DNA of 64,000 nucleotides, taken from an uncultured Gammaproteobacteria bacterium. Lineage in GTDB: Bacteria > Pseudomonadota > Gammaproteobacteria > Ga0077536. The number at the start of each line of letters is the position of its first letter. Position 1 is the first letter of the stretch. The position numbers and the translations under genes are program-made. Of this stretch, positions 10,040-21,918 are shown piece after piece. The notes beneath the pieces are model-generated. The model worked only from the letters and a program-made list of their open reading frames with translations. It had not been told where the DNA came from and did not search any database. The stretch spans positions 324 to 64,323 of the forward strand of contig CAZXQY010000003.1 in NCBI GenBank assembly GCA_964642505.1. Direction: 5' to 3'.

Positions 10040-10834
10040 TCAAACAGCCACTGGGGCGCTTATAGCTGGGTGAGGATCGTAGTCTGTTAGTGTAATATCC
10101 TCAAATTTGAAATCGAAAAGAGAATCCGCAGTCGGTCGGAAAACGATCTGAGGAAGAGTTTTAGGCTTCCTGGAAAGTTGAATGTCCGCCTGTTTCAAGT
10201 GATTCAAATAAAGATGAGCGTCACCTATACAATGAACAAAAAAACCAGGTTTTAATTTGCAAACGCTCGCCATCATTAGGGTCAAAAGAGAATAGGAGGC
10301 GATATTAAACGGTAAACCTAGAAACAAATCAGCACTTCTCTGATATAACTGGCACGACAACTTCCCATTCCCTACGTAAAACTGGAAAAGCACATGGCAG
10401 GGAGCTAATGCCATCCTTGGCACATCCTCCACATTCCAAGCGCTAACAATCATGCGTCTGGAATCTGGGTCTTTCTTTATTTGTTCAACTACATTTTTGA
10501 TCTGATCTGTTTTTCCTATACTGGAACTAGGCCATGCACGCCACTGGACTCCATAAACCGGTCCAAGCTCACCATCTGCGCCTGCCCACTCGTCCCAAAT
10601 CGTAACTCCGTTGTCCTGCAAATATTTTACGTTAGAGCTGCCGCTCAGAAACCAGAGCAATTCATGAACGATCGATCTGAAATGGACTTTTTTGGTGGTG
10701 ACTAAAGGAAGCCCCAGGCTAAGGTCAAAGCGTAACTGATGTCCGAAGCTACTCAGAGTACCGGTCCCGGTCCTATCGCTCTTTCTTATACCATTATTCC
10801 TAACGTGTCGTAAAAGATCTAAATACTCTTTCAT
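10040..10834 (-). CDS. thyA: Thymidylate synthase ThyA
   Basis: RTGTGT, WDEW and catalytic-Cys (LAPCH) motifs. Length 264 aa. Confidence 0.95.
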   Translation of the reverse strand: MKEYLDLLRHVRNNGIRKSDRTGTGTLSSFGHQLRFDLSLGLPLVTTKKVHFRSIVHELLWFLSGSSNVKYLQDNGVTIWDEWAGADGELGPVYGVQWRAWPSSSIGKTDQIKNVVEQIKKDPDSRRMIVSAWNVEDVPRMALAPCHVLFQFYVGNGKLSCQLYQRSADLFLGLPFNIASYSLLTLMMASVCKLKPGFFVHCIGDAHLYLNHLKQADIQLSRKPKTLPQIVFRPTADSLFDFKFEDITLTDYDPHPAISAPVAV

Positions 10835-10836
10835 TT

Positions 10837-11655
10837 TTACATCATTTTGTCTCTTGGCTTTACCTTTTCGGAAGCCGTATCACCGCAAATGACCCAAATA
10901 GCCAAGCCAGCAAACACCATGGGCAACGAGAGGATTTGACCCATAGTCGCCCATCCGTCACTAATATATCCCAAATGCGCGTCTGGGACCCTCACAAATT
11001 CCACTAGAAATCGGAGTAGCCCGTATAAAGTTAAAAAAACAGCTGTTATCTTGCCTTTGGTAGGAACCAATCTAACTAAAATGGCTAGAATAACGAAAAG
11101 CAAAAGACCTTCTGAGAATGCTTCATAAATCTGCGAAGGATGCCTAGGCACATACCCCGCACCAGGAGAAGAAAATATTACCGCCCATGGAAGATTTGAA
11201 GGAATTCCCCAAAGTTCCTGATTAACAAAATTCGCAAGCCTTCCAAACCCTAAACCTATTGGGACAGCCGGCACAATGAAATCGCTAATAGTCAGTACCG
11301 ATCGACCGGTACGAAAACCAAGATACAGAATCGCCAGTGTTACACCTATTAGCCCTCCATGAAACGACATGCCACCCTTCCACACTTCAAATATCGAAAT
11401 CGGATCTAATAAAAAATGTGAGAAATCGTAAAACAGCACGTAGCCCACTCTCCCACCCAAAACTGCTCCCAATGAACAACAAAAAACCAGGTCGTCTATG
11501 GAATTTCTAGGCCACCCTCCTAGATATCGCGCAACATACTTGTGCAAATAAATCCATCCTAGCCCAATGCCGGTTATATAAGATAAACCATACCAATGTA
11601 CTTTAAGCGGACCCAACTCAAACGCTACAGGGCTAATCTCAGGAAACTCGATCAT
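10837..11655 (-). CDS. lgt: Prolipoprotein diacylglyceryl transferase Lgt
   Basis: N-terminus [22 protein letters not shown] with the Lgt signature region. Conserved lgt-thyA linkage. Confidence 0.9.
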   Translation of the reverse strand: MIEFPEISPVAFELGPLKVHWYGLSYITGIGLGWIYLHKYVARYLGGWPRNSIDDLVFCCSLGAVLGGRVGYVLFYDFSHFLLDPISIFEVWKGGMSFHGGLIGVTLAILYLGFRTGRSVLTISDFIVPAVPIGLGFGRLANFVNQELWGIPSNLPWAVIFSSPGAGYVPRHPSQIYEAFSEGLLLFVILAILVRLVPTKGKITAVFLTLYGLLRFLVEFVRVPDAHLGYISDGWATMGQILSLPMVFAGLAIWVICGDTASEKVKPRDKMM

Positions 11656-11683
11656 TTTAATTACCTTAGGCGGAACAACCTAC

Positions 11684-12622
11684 TCACCAATCCAAAGGTT
11701 CCCCAAAAGATTCTACGAATATTTTTTCAACCAGTTCTCTGGTCAATTCGTGGTTCTGAGTTCCTTTTGAAGACACTTTAATCGCCCCTAAAATCGAAGA
11801 TAAGCGACCTGTTTGCAACAAATCAAAACCATTACCAAGTCCGTAAAGTATCCCCGCCCGATAAGCATCACCGCACCCGGTAGGATCTCTTACCTTATCA
11901 ACTGTAACAGAAGGTATTTCTAGTTCGCCATGTTCGCTGTGTATTGACGAGCCCCGCGCGCCACGGGTAACAATGTAGGCCTTCACCCGTTTAGCAATAG
12001 CCGCCGAATCCAACCCAGTACGTTGTTCCATTACTTCGGCCTCATACTCATTAACGCTTACCCAATCCGCTAACTCTATAAAATCTTGAAGCTCCCTACC
12101 GTCAAACATCGGCATCCCTTGACCTGGATCAAATACAAACGGAATCGATTTCTCCGACATTTGTTTAGCATGGGCTAACATTCCTTCTTTTCCGTCGGGA
12201 GAAATTATCCCAATCTCCGCTTCCTCGATAGAGGATAAATCATTTACCGTCGAAAATTCCATCGCACCTGGATGAAAGGCTGTTATCTGATTATTGTCAG
12301 TATCGGTAGTTATAAATGCTTGAGCAGTATAGGTAGTGGGAACTTCTGTAACGAAGTCTCTGACTATTCCGAGCTTATCTAACCAATTCCTATAGGGTAC
12401 AAAATCTTCACCGACAGTCCCCACAGCAAGAGGGTTCCCCCCAATCTTTTTAAAATTGTAAGCTATGTTTCCTGCACAACCTCCAAACTCTTTTCTCAGA
12501 TGCGGAACCAAAAAAGACACGTTCAACATATTTATTTTATCGGGCAAGATGTGATTTCCAAACCTATCCCCGAACACCATGATATTGTCGTAAGCAAAAG
12601 AACCACAAATGACCGCCTTCAT
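11684..12622 (-). CDS. PfkB-family carbohydrate/nucleoside kinase (adenosine-kinase-like)
   Basis: Ribokinase fold with a GG dipeptide region and a C-terminal DPTGCGDAYRAG anion-hole motif. Confidence 0.75.
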   Translation of the reverse strand: MKAVICGSFAYDNIMVFGDRFGNHILPDKINMLNVSFLVPHLRKEFGGCAGNIAYNFKKIGGNPLAVGTVGEDFVPYRNWLDKLGIVRDFVTEVPTTYTAQAFITTDTDNNQITAFHPGAMEFSTVNDLSSIEEAEIGIISPDGKEGMLAHAKQMSEKSIPFVFDPGQGMPMFDGRELQDFIELADWVSVNEYEAEVMEQRTGLDSAAIAKRVKAYIVTRGARGSSIHSEHGELEIPSVTVDKVRDPTGCGDAYRAGILYGLGNGFDLLQTGRLSSILGAIKVSSKGTQNHELTRELVEKIFVESFGEPLDW

Positions 12623-12789
12623 CTAAGTACCTCCGTTCTCTACAGTTTAAGTGTCGAATCTCCCGAAAAAATAACCAAAGCTATTGAGACGACCATGTGA
12701 TTTGAAAACCACCACAACCCCTTGCGGTGTAACATTCAAAATTCAAATTGAAGACTATAGCAGACAAACCGACTTCCTAGTGAGAATCG

Positions 12790-15609
12790 TTATTTATAAA
12801 TCAATTTTTTAAGAAACTGACCCGTGTGACAATCGACTGTCGCCAAATCTTCAGGAGTTCCTTCCGCAACAATTCGACCACCATTAGCCCCACCCTCTGG
12901 CCCCAAATCTATTATCCAATCAGCAGTTTTTACCACTTCCAAATTGTGCTCTATCACCACGATCGTATTGCCCATTTTCCTTAAACGTTGAAGTACGGAA
13001 AGCAATTGTTCGATATCAAAAAAATGTAAGCCTGTCGTCGGTTCATCCAAAATGTAAAGGGTTTTCCCTGAACTCTTGCGAGAAAGCTCTTTCGCTAATT
13101 TAATCCTTTGTGCTTCCCCTCCTGAAAGTGTCGTCGCACTTTGGCCTAATTTGAGATATGAAAGACCCACTTCTATCAGAGTAGATATTTTCCGATTAAT
13201 GCTAGGAATTGAAGCAAACACTTCCTTAGCTTGCTCGATTGTCATATCCAAGATGTCACTAATGGAATTTCCCTTATACAAGATATCTAAGGTTTCTCTG
13301 TTATACCTGCTACCTTTGCACGCGTCACACTCCACATACACATCAGGAAGAAAATGCATCTCAACTTTTACCAAGCCGTCTCCCTGGCAAAATTCGCAAC
13401 GTCCACCTTTGACATTGAAACTGAATCGTCCTGCTTGGTAACCCCGGGATCTCGCCTCCGGCGTTGTCGCAAATAAATCGCGGATCGGGCCAAAAAGACC
13501 TGTATAAGTCGCCGGATTAGAGCGAGGAGTCCTCCCTATTGGGCTTTGGTCTATGTTTACTACCTTGTCAAGATGTTGGAATCCTTCGAATCTCTCAAAA
13601 TCCGCCGGTTTAACTGAAGAACCATTTAACTCGCGCGCAGCTATGGCATACAGTGTATCGTTAATTAGAGTCGACTTTCCGGATCCGGATACTCCAGTAA
13701 CACAAGTCAAGACGGTGAGGGGTATCTCCAAATCTACAGAATCAAGGTTATTACCTGTGGCTCCAGTGATTCGAACAAAATGACCTTGATTTATTTTTTG
13801 GCGAGCCTTCGGTTTAACTATTTCCTTTCTGCCCGAAAGATACTGGCCCGTTATGGATTCTTTGGATTTCTCAATATCAACCGGAGATCCGCTAACCACC
13901 ACTTCCCCACCTTTCACTCCCGCACCCAAACCCATATCGATCACATGATCAGCCGAACGAATGGCATCCTCATCATGCTCTACGACGATCACAGTATTGC
14001 CCAGATCCCGCAACCTGAATAACGTGTCCAAGAGTCGGCGATTATCCCGCTGGTGTAATCCGATAGAAGGCTCGTCTAAAACATACATAACACCGACTAA
14101 ACCAGCCCCAATTTGGCTAGCCAGTCGAATTCTTTGCGCTTCTCCACCTGACAAAGTCCCAGCGCTTCGATCTAAAGTAAGGTAATCCAACCCGATATTA
14201 ACCATAAATTCTAAACGATCTAATATCTCTGATATGATCTTGTTAGCCACCTCTCCTATATTTTCTACTCGGCTAGCGGTAAAAAAAAAGTCTAGCGATT
14301 GACTAATAGATAATCCTGACAATTCACTAATAGTGCGGTCCTCGAAAAACACATTTCTAGCCGCCTGGTTTAATCGACTTCCTTCACATTCTCTACAAGA
14401 TTTAGAACTCATAAATTTCGCGAGTTCGTCTTTTACTGGTTGAGAGTCCGATTGTCGAAATCTACGCTGCATATTCGGTATCACTCCCTCGAAGGGATGC
14501 GATTTTGTATATTTCCGACCACCTGACCCCAAATATTCAAATTTTATTTCTTCTTTTCCGCTTCCATACAAAATAGTGTTTTGTATACTTTTTCCTAAAT
14601 CGACAAAAGGAGTATCAAGCGAGAAGTTATAATGCTTGGATAGAGCCTCAATCAATAGAAAATAATAAGAGTTCCGCCTATCCCATCCTCTAATTGCTCC
14701 CGCTGGAAGACTCATCTTTCGGTTTTGAACCACTAGCTCTTCATCGAAATACTGAAGAAACCCTAACCCGTCACAAACTGAGCAAGCTCCACTAGGGTTA
14801 TTAAAAGAAAAAAGTCTGGGTTCAAGATCGGTCAAGCTATAACCACACACAGGGCAGGCGAAAAGAGAAGAGAAAACCTGGTCTTCACCATCTCCTTCAA
14901 CAGGCTTTACGATTACGATCCCTTCTCCCAACTCTAATGCGGTCTCTATAGATTCTGATAATCTAAGTTGGACATCCTGTCGTATACTAAATCGATCTAC
15001 TATAACGTCAATATTATGCTTTTTTCTCAAAGCTAACTTAGGAGGATCATCTAACATACAGATTTCTCCATCCACCACGATCCTCGCAAACCCAAGACTT
15101 CTTAACTTAACTAGCAACTGGTGATGCTCACCTTTTTTTTCTCTAATTATGGGAGCTAACAACATCCACCTACTACCGAGCGGCAGAGATAGAACCCTAT
15201 CCACCATTTCCGTTACTGTTTGCGCCCTTAAAATACGAGAATGATCAGGACAACGTGGCTCGCCCACCCTGGAAAAAAGCAGTCGAAGGTAATCGTAGAC
15301 TTCGGTTACTGTCCCTACTGTGGATCGCGGATTGTGAGATGTCGACTTCTGCTCTATAGATATCGCTGGGGACAACCCCTCTATGTGGTCTACGTCAGGT
15401 TTGTTCATCACAGACAGGAATTGGCGGGCGTAGGAGGAGAGCGATTCAACGTAACGACGTTGCCCCTCCGCATATATAGTATCAAAAGCGAGAGACGACT
15501 TTCCTGAACCCGATAAACCGGTTATTACCGTAAGTTTACCTCTGGGGATATCCACATCAATATTTTTCAGATTGTGGGTTCGTACTCCGCGTAGGCGTAT
15601 ATTTTCCAT
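12790..15609 (-). CDS. uvrA: Excinuclease ABC subunit A UvrA
   Basis: Two ABC ATPase modules ([14 protein letters not shown]; [10 protein letters not shown]) and zinc-finger cysteine clusters. Start taken at [16 protein letters not shown]. Confidence 0.95.
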   Translation of the reverse strand: MENIRLRGVRTHNLKNIDVDIPRGKLTVITGLSGSGKSSLAFDTIYAEGQRRYVESLSSYARQFLSVMNKPDVDHIEGLSPAISIEQKSTSHNPRSTVGTVTEVYDYLRLLFSRVGEPRCPDHSRILRAQTVTEMVDRVLSLPLGSRWMLLAPIIREKKGEHHQLLVKLRSLGFARIVVDGEICMLDDPPKLALRKKHNIDVIVDRFSIRQDVQLRLSESIETALELGEGIVIVKPVEGDGEDQVFSSLFACPVCGYSLTDLEPRLFSFNNPSGACSVCDGLGFLQYFDEELVVQNRKMSLPAGAIRGWDRRNSYYFLLIEALSKHYNFSLDTPFVDLGKSIQNTILYGSGKEEIKFEYLGSGGRKYTKSHPFEGVIPNMQRRFRQSDSQPVKDELAKFMSSKSCRECEGSRLNQAARNVFFEDRTISELSGLSISQSLDFFFTASRVENIGEVANKIISEILDRLEFMVNIGLDYLTLDRSAGTLSGGEAQRIRLASQIGAGLVGVMYVLDEPSIGLHQRDNRRLLDTLFRLRDLGNTVIVVEHDEDAIRSADHVIDMGLGAGVKGGEVVVSGSPVDIEKSKESITGQYLSGRKEIVKPKARQKINQGHFVRITGATGNNLDSVDLEIPLTVLTCVTGVSGSGKSTLINDTLYAIAARELNGSSVKPADFERFEGFQHLDKVVNIDQSPIGRTPRSNPATYTGLFGPIRDLFATTPEARSRGYQAGRFSFNVKGGRCEFCQGDGLVKVEMHFLPDVYVECDACKGSRYNRETLDILYKGNSISDILDMTIEQAKEVFASIPSINRKISTLIEVGLSYLKLGQSATTLSGGEAQRIKLAKELSRKSSGKTLYILDEPTTGLHFFDIEQLLSVLQRLRKMGNTIVVIEHNLEVVKTADWIIDLGPEGGANGGRIVAEGTPEDLATVDCHTGQFLKKLIYK

Positions 15610-15908
15610 TAAAGATCCCAAAACCCTTTATTATCAAAGGGTAGATTTGAATAACAGGTGGTCAAAAATGGTATTTTAAATTTTTACGAACCCAATGGCG
15701 AACTAAAAATCCTTGGAATCTGCTACTGGAGCTAAAAAAAGGTGAAATCGATTTAGCGCAATAGAGGGAATCGCCTTGTAAGAGTTGCTATTGTCGCGTT
15801 ATGCTGCCCGTTTAAGCTTGTCGAGACATCGAGTATATCTCGCTAAATAAGCTTTGAAGTTTACTTCTAGACCCAATTATGAGGGCCTAAACAAGGGAGG
15901 ATCAGGAA

Positions 15909-16370
15909 ATGGCGCGGGGACTCAACAAAGTGATGCTAATAGGTAACCTTGGAGGTGACCCCGAAATCCGTCATACCAATAGCGGAATGGCCGTGGCGAC
16001 CTTCAGTTTAGCCACTGCTGAATCCTGGAAGGATCGGGATACCGGTGAATCGAAAGACAGAACGGAGTGGCATCGTATTGTTTTTTTTGGAAGAGTCGCA
16101 GAAGTAGTCGAACAGTACCTAAAAAAGGGCGCCCAAATCTACGTCGAAGGCCGCATCCAAACACGTAAATGGCAAGATCGCGACGGGAATGACCGATACA
16201 CAACCGAAATAGTCGGAAGCGACATGCAAATGCTGGGGAGTAAACGAAACGACTTTACAGAGAATAATGACCTAAAGGAAAGTATAGAAGAGCCCATTAA
16301 GCCTATGAACGAAACAACTGCAGAAGATGTTAGCAGCGGTAAATTTATTGAAGACGATATACCATTTTAA
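15909..16370 (+). CDS. ssb: Single-stranded DNA-binding protein
   Basis: OB-fold N-terminus ([23 protein letters not shown]), acidic C-terminal DDIPF tail, and the classical divergent arrangement with uvrA. Confidence 0.95.
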   Translation: MARGLNKVMLIGNLGGDPEIRHTNSGMAVATFSLATAESWKDRDTGESKDRTEWHRIVFFGRVAEVVEQYLKKGAQIYVEGRIQTRKWQDRDGNDRYTTEIVGSDMQMLGSKRNDFTENNDLKESIEEPIKPMNETTAEDVSSGKFIEDDIPF

Positions 16371-16466
16371 AAGCTGGCTAGCAAATGTTTACTACGGAAA
16401 ATGTAAAGGGTCTGTCTACGAATACTCCAAGCCTCTCTCTATAACTGCATCATTAGAAAAATCTCT

Positions 16467-17777
16467 ATGAATCAAATAAGGTTGTTAGCGTCGCGCTGGT
16501 TTGGGCCATTATTTGCAACCCAATTTCTCGGCGCCTTGAACGACAACATTTTCAGATTCGCCATAATCGTTTTTGTAACCTTCCAAATGCCTGAAACAGG
16601 CATACTAGACACGAAGTCTTTAGTAGCAGTAACTGCCGGTACATTCATTTTGCCTTTCTTTCTCCTTTCTGGGATCGCGGGTCAGCTTGCCGATAAATTC
16701 GAAAAATCGGGTATTGTGATAATCTTGAAGAACATTGAAATAATCCTAGCCATTTTAGCTGGGATAAGTCTACACTTTCAAAGCTACCCAGCACTCTTGG
16801 TAGTTTTGTTTCTAATGGGAACGCAGTCTACTTTTTTCGGACCGATAAAATATAGCCTACTCCCACAACATCTAAGAATTGACGACTTAACTGGAGCAAA
16901 CGGAATAATACAGGCCGGCACCTACGCCGCAATTATTGTGGGCGGATTCATTGGTGGAACGATGATGAGCAGAGACGAGAATACGGCTCTAAATCTAATG
17001 ATTGTAATGTCCCTCATAGCTTGCTCCGGTAGAATAGCCGCCAAATTCATCCCACTGGCGGAAGCAAATGCACCTGACCTAAAATTTAAGATCAACCCCA
17101 TTTCGTCAGGATGGCATTTAATAAAGAGCAATTTAAGCCAAAAAGGAACAGCAGTTTTAATCGTCCTAATCTCGCTTTTTTGGTTCATGGGGTCTACCTA
17201 TTTCACTTTAATACCTATTTACGGTAAGGAAATATTAGAAGCCACGGCTTTTAACGTGAGCTTCCTAACCCTAGCCTTGGCTATAGGCGTAGGTATAGGT
17301 TCTTTGATTTGTGAAAAAATTTCTCGGGATGCGATAGATTTGGGATTAGTCAGTATTGCCGTCATTCTGATATCTTTAATATCGATAGAAATATTTTTTA
17401 TCGGAGAAAAAGGCTCTAACAATACGGCGTGTGACGTTATAGGGGTTTTTCCCATGAAGTGCTTTAATCGATTCTTCATTGATATGATCGGTCTTGGCAT
17501 AGCAGGCGCACTGTATGTCATCCCGCTTTACGCTGCTCTCCAAAGCAGAATAGAACGAACACATAGGGCAAGAACGATGGCCGCGCTGAACATGACAAAC
17601 GCGCTGTTTATGGTCGTATCGTCTGTGTTTACACTAATCCTATTTCAACTTAACGTTGTAACCCATTACATTTTTACCGCTGTAGGATTATTGAACGTCG
17701 GTGTCACCGTTTTTGCGTCACTTTTTGTCCCAGAAATCTTATGGTGGCATCGAAAAAATACTACAAAAAGTAATTAG
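16467..17777 (+). CDS. MFS transporter (lysophospholipid transporter LplT-like)
   Basis: 12-TM MFS protein. The N-terminus FLGALNDNIFRFAI resembles LplT (FLSAFGDNALLFA). Confidence 0.6.
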   Translation: MNQIRLLASRWFGPLFATQFLGALNDNIFRFAIIVFVTFQMPETGILDTKSLVAVTAGTFILPFFLLSGIAGQLADKFEKSGIVIILKNIEIILAILAGISLHFQSYPALLVVLFLMGTQSTFFGPIKYSLLPQHLRIDDLTGANGIIQAGTYAAIIVGGFIGGTMMSRDENTALNLMIVMSLIACSGRIAAKFIPLAEANAPDLKFKINPISSGWHLIKSNLSQKGTAVLIVLISLFWFMGSTYFTLIPIYGKEILEATAFNVSFLTLALAIGVGIGSLICEKISRDAIDLGLVSIAVILISLISIEIFFIGEKGSNNTACDVIGVFPMKCFNRFFIDMIGLGIAGALYVIPLYAALQSRIERTHRARTMAALNMTNALFMVVSSVFTLILFQLNVVTHYIFTAVGLLNVGVTVFASLFVPEILWWHRKNTTKSN

Positions 17778-18899
17778 TTATGCCGTTCTGTGAGGCCTAG
17801 ACAAGTACTCCGTACTACGCATTTCAATCAGTCTACTAGCCGTCCGTTCAAATGGCTTCGCTAGTCTGACCCCTGTATAAAGCATCTCCGGCGTGGCTAC
17901 TGAAGAGACAATCAAATTAACTTTTCTATCATACAGTTCGTCGATTAAATTTATGAATCGCCGAGCAGCATCCTCATCTTCGCGTCCGAGAATTGGAATA
18001 TTCTCCAAAAGCATAGTGTGGTAAAGGTTACCTATCTCAATATAATCCCTTGAAGACCTAGGATTCATACATAACTGTTTGAAACTCGCCCAAATTACGC
18101 CATCAGCGGCTCTCCGTACTTTGAAGGCTCTACCCGCAACAATTATCTCTTCGCTCAAAGAGGCGTTACCCCCTGTCATAACCAAGAAAATCTCCATAAA
18201 ACTATCTGTAAATTCATTTACCTCACCTAAATAGAATACGGGCGCGCTTTCCAAAGCACGGAGCCGATAATCTGTATCTCCTTTAATTTCAACAACCGTA
18301 GTGAATTTTTTAAGAAGGTCGATTGCGGGGACAAAATGTTCTCTCTGCAGCCCATCACTATAGAGCAAATCTGGCTCTTCGTTTGATGTAGCTATCAAAG
18401 TAACTCCTCGCTCAAAAAGATTAGCGAGCAACCGACCTAGCAACATAGCATCAGTAATATCGGTTACTTGAAACTCATCCAGGCAAACCACTCGGATCGA
18501 GCTGGCCCAAGCATCTGCCACCGCGGCTAGCGGGTCTACCAGGAGCGACTTTTCTCTTAACTCATCATGAATACCTTGCATAAAGGAATGAAAATGCAGC
18601 CGTCTCTTAGGAGTACCACTTAACGAATCGTAGAATAAATCCATCAGGTAAGTTTTACCTCTTCCTACATCTCCCCAAAGATAAACACCTGGAACTAAGT
18701 GCCAAGATCTGTAACCAGAAAAGGAAAAAAGTGACCGGAGGCTTTTGAAGTCCTTCTTTCGATCAGCCTCTAAACTTTTGCAAACGAAATCGAGTTGGAT
18801 AGCGACGTCAAGCTGTCTTGAGTTATGGGTAATGAGCCCTCCGAGGCAATCAGAGTAGTACTTTTCACTAGGTAGTACGATATTATTAGAGTTTGCCAT
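17778..18899 (-). CDS. zapE: Cell division protein ZapE (AFG1-family ATPase)
   Basis: YLWGDVGRGKTYLMD Walker A. The arrangement of VVCLDEFQVTD plus TSNEEPDLLY is typical of ZapE/YhcM. Confidence 0.85.
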   Translation of the reverse strand: MANSNNIVLPSEKYYSDCLGGLITHNSRQLDVAIQLDFVCKSLEADRKKDFKSLRSLFSFSGYRSWHLVPGVYLWGDVGRGKTYLMDLFYDSLSGTPKRRLHFHSFMQGIHDELREKSLLVDPLAAVADAWASSIRVVCLDEFQVTDITDAMLLGRLLANLFERGVTLIATSNEEPDLLYSDGLQREHFVPAIDLLKKFTTVVEIKGDTDYRLRALESAPVFYLGEVNEFTDSFMEIFLVMTGGNASLSEEIIVAGRAFKVRRAADGVIWASFKQLCMNPRSSRDYIEIGNLYHTMLLENIPILGREDEDAARRFINLIDELYDRKVNLIVSSVATPEMLYTGVRLAKPFERTASRLIEMRSTEYLSRPHRTA

Positions 18900-19003
18900 G
18901 ATGTGATGACGGGTAAATAAAATAAAAAAACTTAGATTGTTAATAGTTCTTCAAGGTCATTTTTATATACACTATAGGATAGTGTACTAATTTCCGAACA
19001 TTA

Positions 19004-19690
19004 ATGCTTATGACGATCATAATTGTTATTGTTTTTATACTTTTGTTTCTGCCCCAGATTTGGGCCAAAAGGACGATGGCGAAATATGATTTCGAGCGAT
19101 CCGACATACCTGGGACAGGAAGTCAATTTGCGAATCATCTGATAAAAAAACTTAACCTTAACAACTGCCAAGTTGTTAAGGACGAATCTGGACTGGGGGA
19201 TCACTACGATCCTAGAAGCAAAACCGTTAGTCTGTCAGGGCAGTATTTTAGTAATAAATCTTTGACCGCGCTAGTAGTCGCGAGCCACGAAATAGGACAT
19301 GCCTACCAACACCATATAGGTTATAAGCCCCTTCAAATAAGAACCCAGTTAGTTACTATCGCAAACCTAGCTGAGAGAATAGCTTCCTTGGTCTTGATAG
19401 CTAGCCCCATAATCACATTCGTTACAAAAATGCCTATTATCGGAGCCATAGTATTTATGTCTGCGTTTTGCATCATGGCTCTCCCTGTTTTAATTCATCT
19501 CGTAACCCTGCCAACCGAGTTCGACGCTAGCTTCAAAAGAGCACTGCCCATCTTAGCCTCAGGCTACCTAAACGAAGAGGAATTAAAAATTGCCCGAAAA
19601 ATCTTGTTAGCCTGTTCGCTAACCTATGTGGCAGCTTCCCTGGCAGGATTGCTTAATCTATGGAGGTGGATTAGACTCCTCCGGCGTTGA
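19004..19690 (+). CDS. Membrane-anchored zinc metallopeptidase (YugP/PF04298-like)
   Basis: N-terminal TM helix, a HEIGH zinc-binding motif and C-terminal TM helices. Confidence 0.65.
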   Translation: MLMTIIIVIVFILLFLPQIWAKRTMAKYDFERSDIPGTGSQFANHLIKKLNLNNCQVVKDESGLGDHYDPRSKTVSLSGQYFSNKSLTALVVASHEIGHAYQHHIGYKPLQIRTQLVTIANLAERIASLVLIASPIITFVTKMPIIGAIVFMSAFCIMALPVLIHLVTLPTEFDASFKRALPILASGYLNEEELKIARKILLACSLTYVAASLAGLLNLWRWIRLLRR

Positions 19691-19738
19691 AATTATTAGT
19701 CAGTCTACATTAGCGAAAATATACGATTATCAAAACCT

Positions 19739-20518
19739 ATGAGAAAATTCAGGTTGCATAAATTAGAAGGAATAATTTTTGATGTTGATGGCACCTTAGC
19801 TGACACTGAGAATGCACATCGTCAGGCGTTTAATCAGGCCTTCAGGGAATTAGATCTGGATTGGTACTGGTCAATCGAAAGATATACTAAACTACTTTCA
19901 ATTTCCGGCGGAAAAGAAAGGATCACCGTTTTTGGAAAGGAACTTCGGCAAAGATTCCCTAGCGACTCAAAGTTTTTTGACTTTGTAGCTGAGTTGCACG
20001 ATCGGAAAGGTGAAAACTATAGACATTTATTATCTGAAGAGAGAATTAAATTACGACCGGGGGTGAAACGATTGATAGAAGAAGGACATCATAATCTAAT
20101 CAGCCTTAATATCGCGACGAGCTCATCATTTGCGAACGTAGACACGTTGATGCGTGCCAATTTTGGAAACAATTGGGAAGGCCTTTTTAAGGTCATCGAA
20201 ACCAGCGACACCACGAAAGAAAAGAAACCGAACCCGGCCGTTTATAAAAATGTTCTTACGAAAAGTAAATTGAAAGCTGAAAACGTAATTGCTATAGAAG
20301 ACACACCCAACGGTTTAGAGGCCGCTCTCGGGGCCTCTTTAAAAACCGTAGTAACGGTACATCCGATGACGGCCAAAAGCATTTTTCATGATTCTTCCTT
20401 AGTACTTGACGGTATGGGAGAACCCGACCAACCATTTACCGTACTTTTAGGCGATACCTTTGGCCATAGCTTTTTAAACGTAGCTCTTCTAGACAAGATT
20501 TTAGGGCATGCCAGGTAA
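19739..20518 (+). CDS. HAD-IA family hydrolase (CbbY/phosphatase-like)
   Basis: DVDGTLADTE motif I and a C-terminal ED..NG motif region. Confidence 0.7.
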   Translation: MRKFRLHKLEGIIFDVDGTLADTENAHRQAFNQAFRELDLDWYWSIERYTKLLSISGGKERITVFGKELRQRFPSDSKFFDFVAELHDRKGENYRHLLSEERIKLRPGVKRLIEEGHHNLISLNIATSSSFANVDTLMRANFGNNWEGLFKVIETSDTTKEKKPNPAVYKNVLTKSKLKAENVIAIEDTPNGLEAALGASLKTVVTVHPMTAKSIFHDSSLVLDGMGEPDQPFTVLLGDTFGHSFLNVALLDKILGHAR

Positions 20519-20521
20519 AGT

Positions 20522-21874
20522 CTATTCTACCAGAACATACGCATTACCACCTCCTCTATGGACTCGTAAAAGGATTTTACTCCCCGAATCTTTCGCTATA
20601 TCCAGAAACTCTTCTACTGTTTTTATTTTCTGCCTATTGATCGAACTTACGACGTCCCTTTCCCGTAATCCTGCTAACCACCCCTTGCTGCCCTTTTTTA
20701 CCTTATAGAACATAACTCCTTCTATTCTTCCAAAATTTTCGGAAGTTTCCGGAATAGGCCCAACAGATAGTCCTGAAAGCGCACTTTCTTTGAACTGACT
20801 TGTTCCGAGGGCATCTTTATAATCTCCTACAACAAGTTCTACAGTCACACTTTTTCCATTTCTTAAACAGTCCAAGCTAAGCTGTTGACCTGCACGCGCC
20901 AAACCTAGTCGATTCCTCGCATCGGAGGCGCTACTTATCGGACGTCCGTCAATCTCTATTACGACATCGCCGAGCTCAAGCCCTGAAGTATCCGCTGGAG
21001 AACCACCCAAAACGCTGACAATCACTGCGCCTTTTTTAACCGACAATCCAAATGCTTCTATTAAAGACGGATCTAAATCTTGAAACTTAGCACCGACAAA
21101 CCCTCGTCTCACTTCCCCATATTGCACTATCTGGTTAAGCACATCTCTCGCCATATTTACCGGGATAGCGAAGCCTATACCAATATTCCCCCCGTGTTGC
21201 GAATAGATCGCCGTATTGATTCCTATCAATCCCCCTTCTAGGTTCACCAAAGCACCTCCTGAATTTCCGGGATTAATCGAAGCATCGGTCTGAATCAAAT
21301 CCTCGTAGTCGAGAATTCCCAACCCAGAGCGGGCCAGAGCACTTACAATTCCTGAAGTAACAGTTTGGCCTAAACCAAATGGGTTCCCAATTGCCACCAC
21401 AAAATCTCCTACTTTCAAGGAATCTGAATCAGATAGCTCGATTGAAACTAACTTTCCTCCTCCAATCTTCAGAACCGCAATATCTGTTTCCGGATCAAAG
21501 CCGACTAAATCGGCTTTAAAAGTTCCTCCGTCCAACAATTTTACTCTGATCTCATCTGCGCTCTTTATTACGTGATAGTTCGTCAATATCAGGCCTTTTT
21601 TTGAGTCCACGATCACCCCGGAACCCAAGCTTTGTGTTCTCTTCTGCAATGAACGTTCCGGTACATTAAAAAACCGCCTAAAAAAAGGATCGTTAAATAG
21701 TGGATTCAAGCGTAATTCGACACTCCCTTCGGTTGATATATTGACTACGGCAGGCGTGACCGTATTTAACATTGGAGCCAAGCTATATTGTTGGTTTGCG
21801 GGCAATGCACAAAACGGCTCACCCACCCATAGCGTCAGTATTGTGACCCAACCAACTATATTTAATCTTCGCAT
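20522..21874 (-). CDS. Periplasmic serine endoprotease DegP/DegQ (HtrA family)
   Basis: Signal peptide, trypsin-like catalytic triad regions (TNYHVI; DIAVLKI; GNSGGAL) and two PDZ domains. Confidence 0.9.
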   Translation of the reverse strand: MRRLNIVGWVTILTLWVGEPFCALPANQQYSLAPMLNTVTPAVVNISTEGSVELRLNPLFNDPFFRRFFNVPERSLQKRTQSLGSGVIVDSKKGLILTNYHVIKSADEIRVKLLDGGTFKADLVGFDPETDIAVLKIGGGKLVSIELSDSDSLKVGDFVVAIGNPFGLGQTVTSGIVSALARSGLGILDYEDLIQTDASINPGNSGGALVNLEGGLIGINTAIYSQHGGNIGIGFAIPVNMARDVLNQIVQYGEVRRGFVGAKFQDLDPSLIEAFGLSVKKGAVIVSVLGGSPADTSGLELGDVVIEIDGRPISSASDARNRLGLARAGQQLSLDCLRNGKSVTVELVVGDYKDALGTSQFKESALSGLSVGPIPETSENFGRIEGVMFYKVKKGSKGWLAGLRERDVVSSINRQKIKTVEEFLDIAKDSGSKILLRVHRGGGNAYVLVE

Positions 21875-21918
21875 AACACCGTAAATTCTTATGTGATAAA
21901 TGTTGGACAATGTTCCGT

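Noticed and set aside
15622-15908. Search for a LexA (SOS) box between the divergent uvrA and ssb genes
   Set aside because: No CTGT-N8-ACAG-type element was found. Only a weak CGAG-TATAT-CTCG palindrome is present at about 15827-15839, which does not match the gammaproteobacterial LexA consensus. Regulation may differ or the box may be too diverged to spot by eye.
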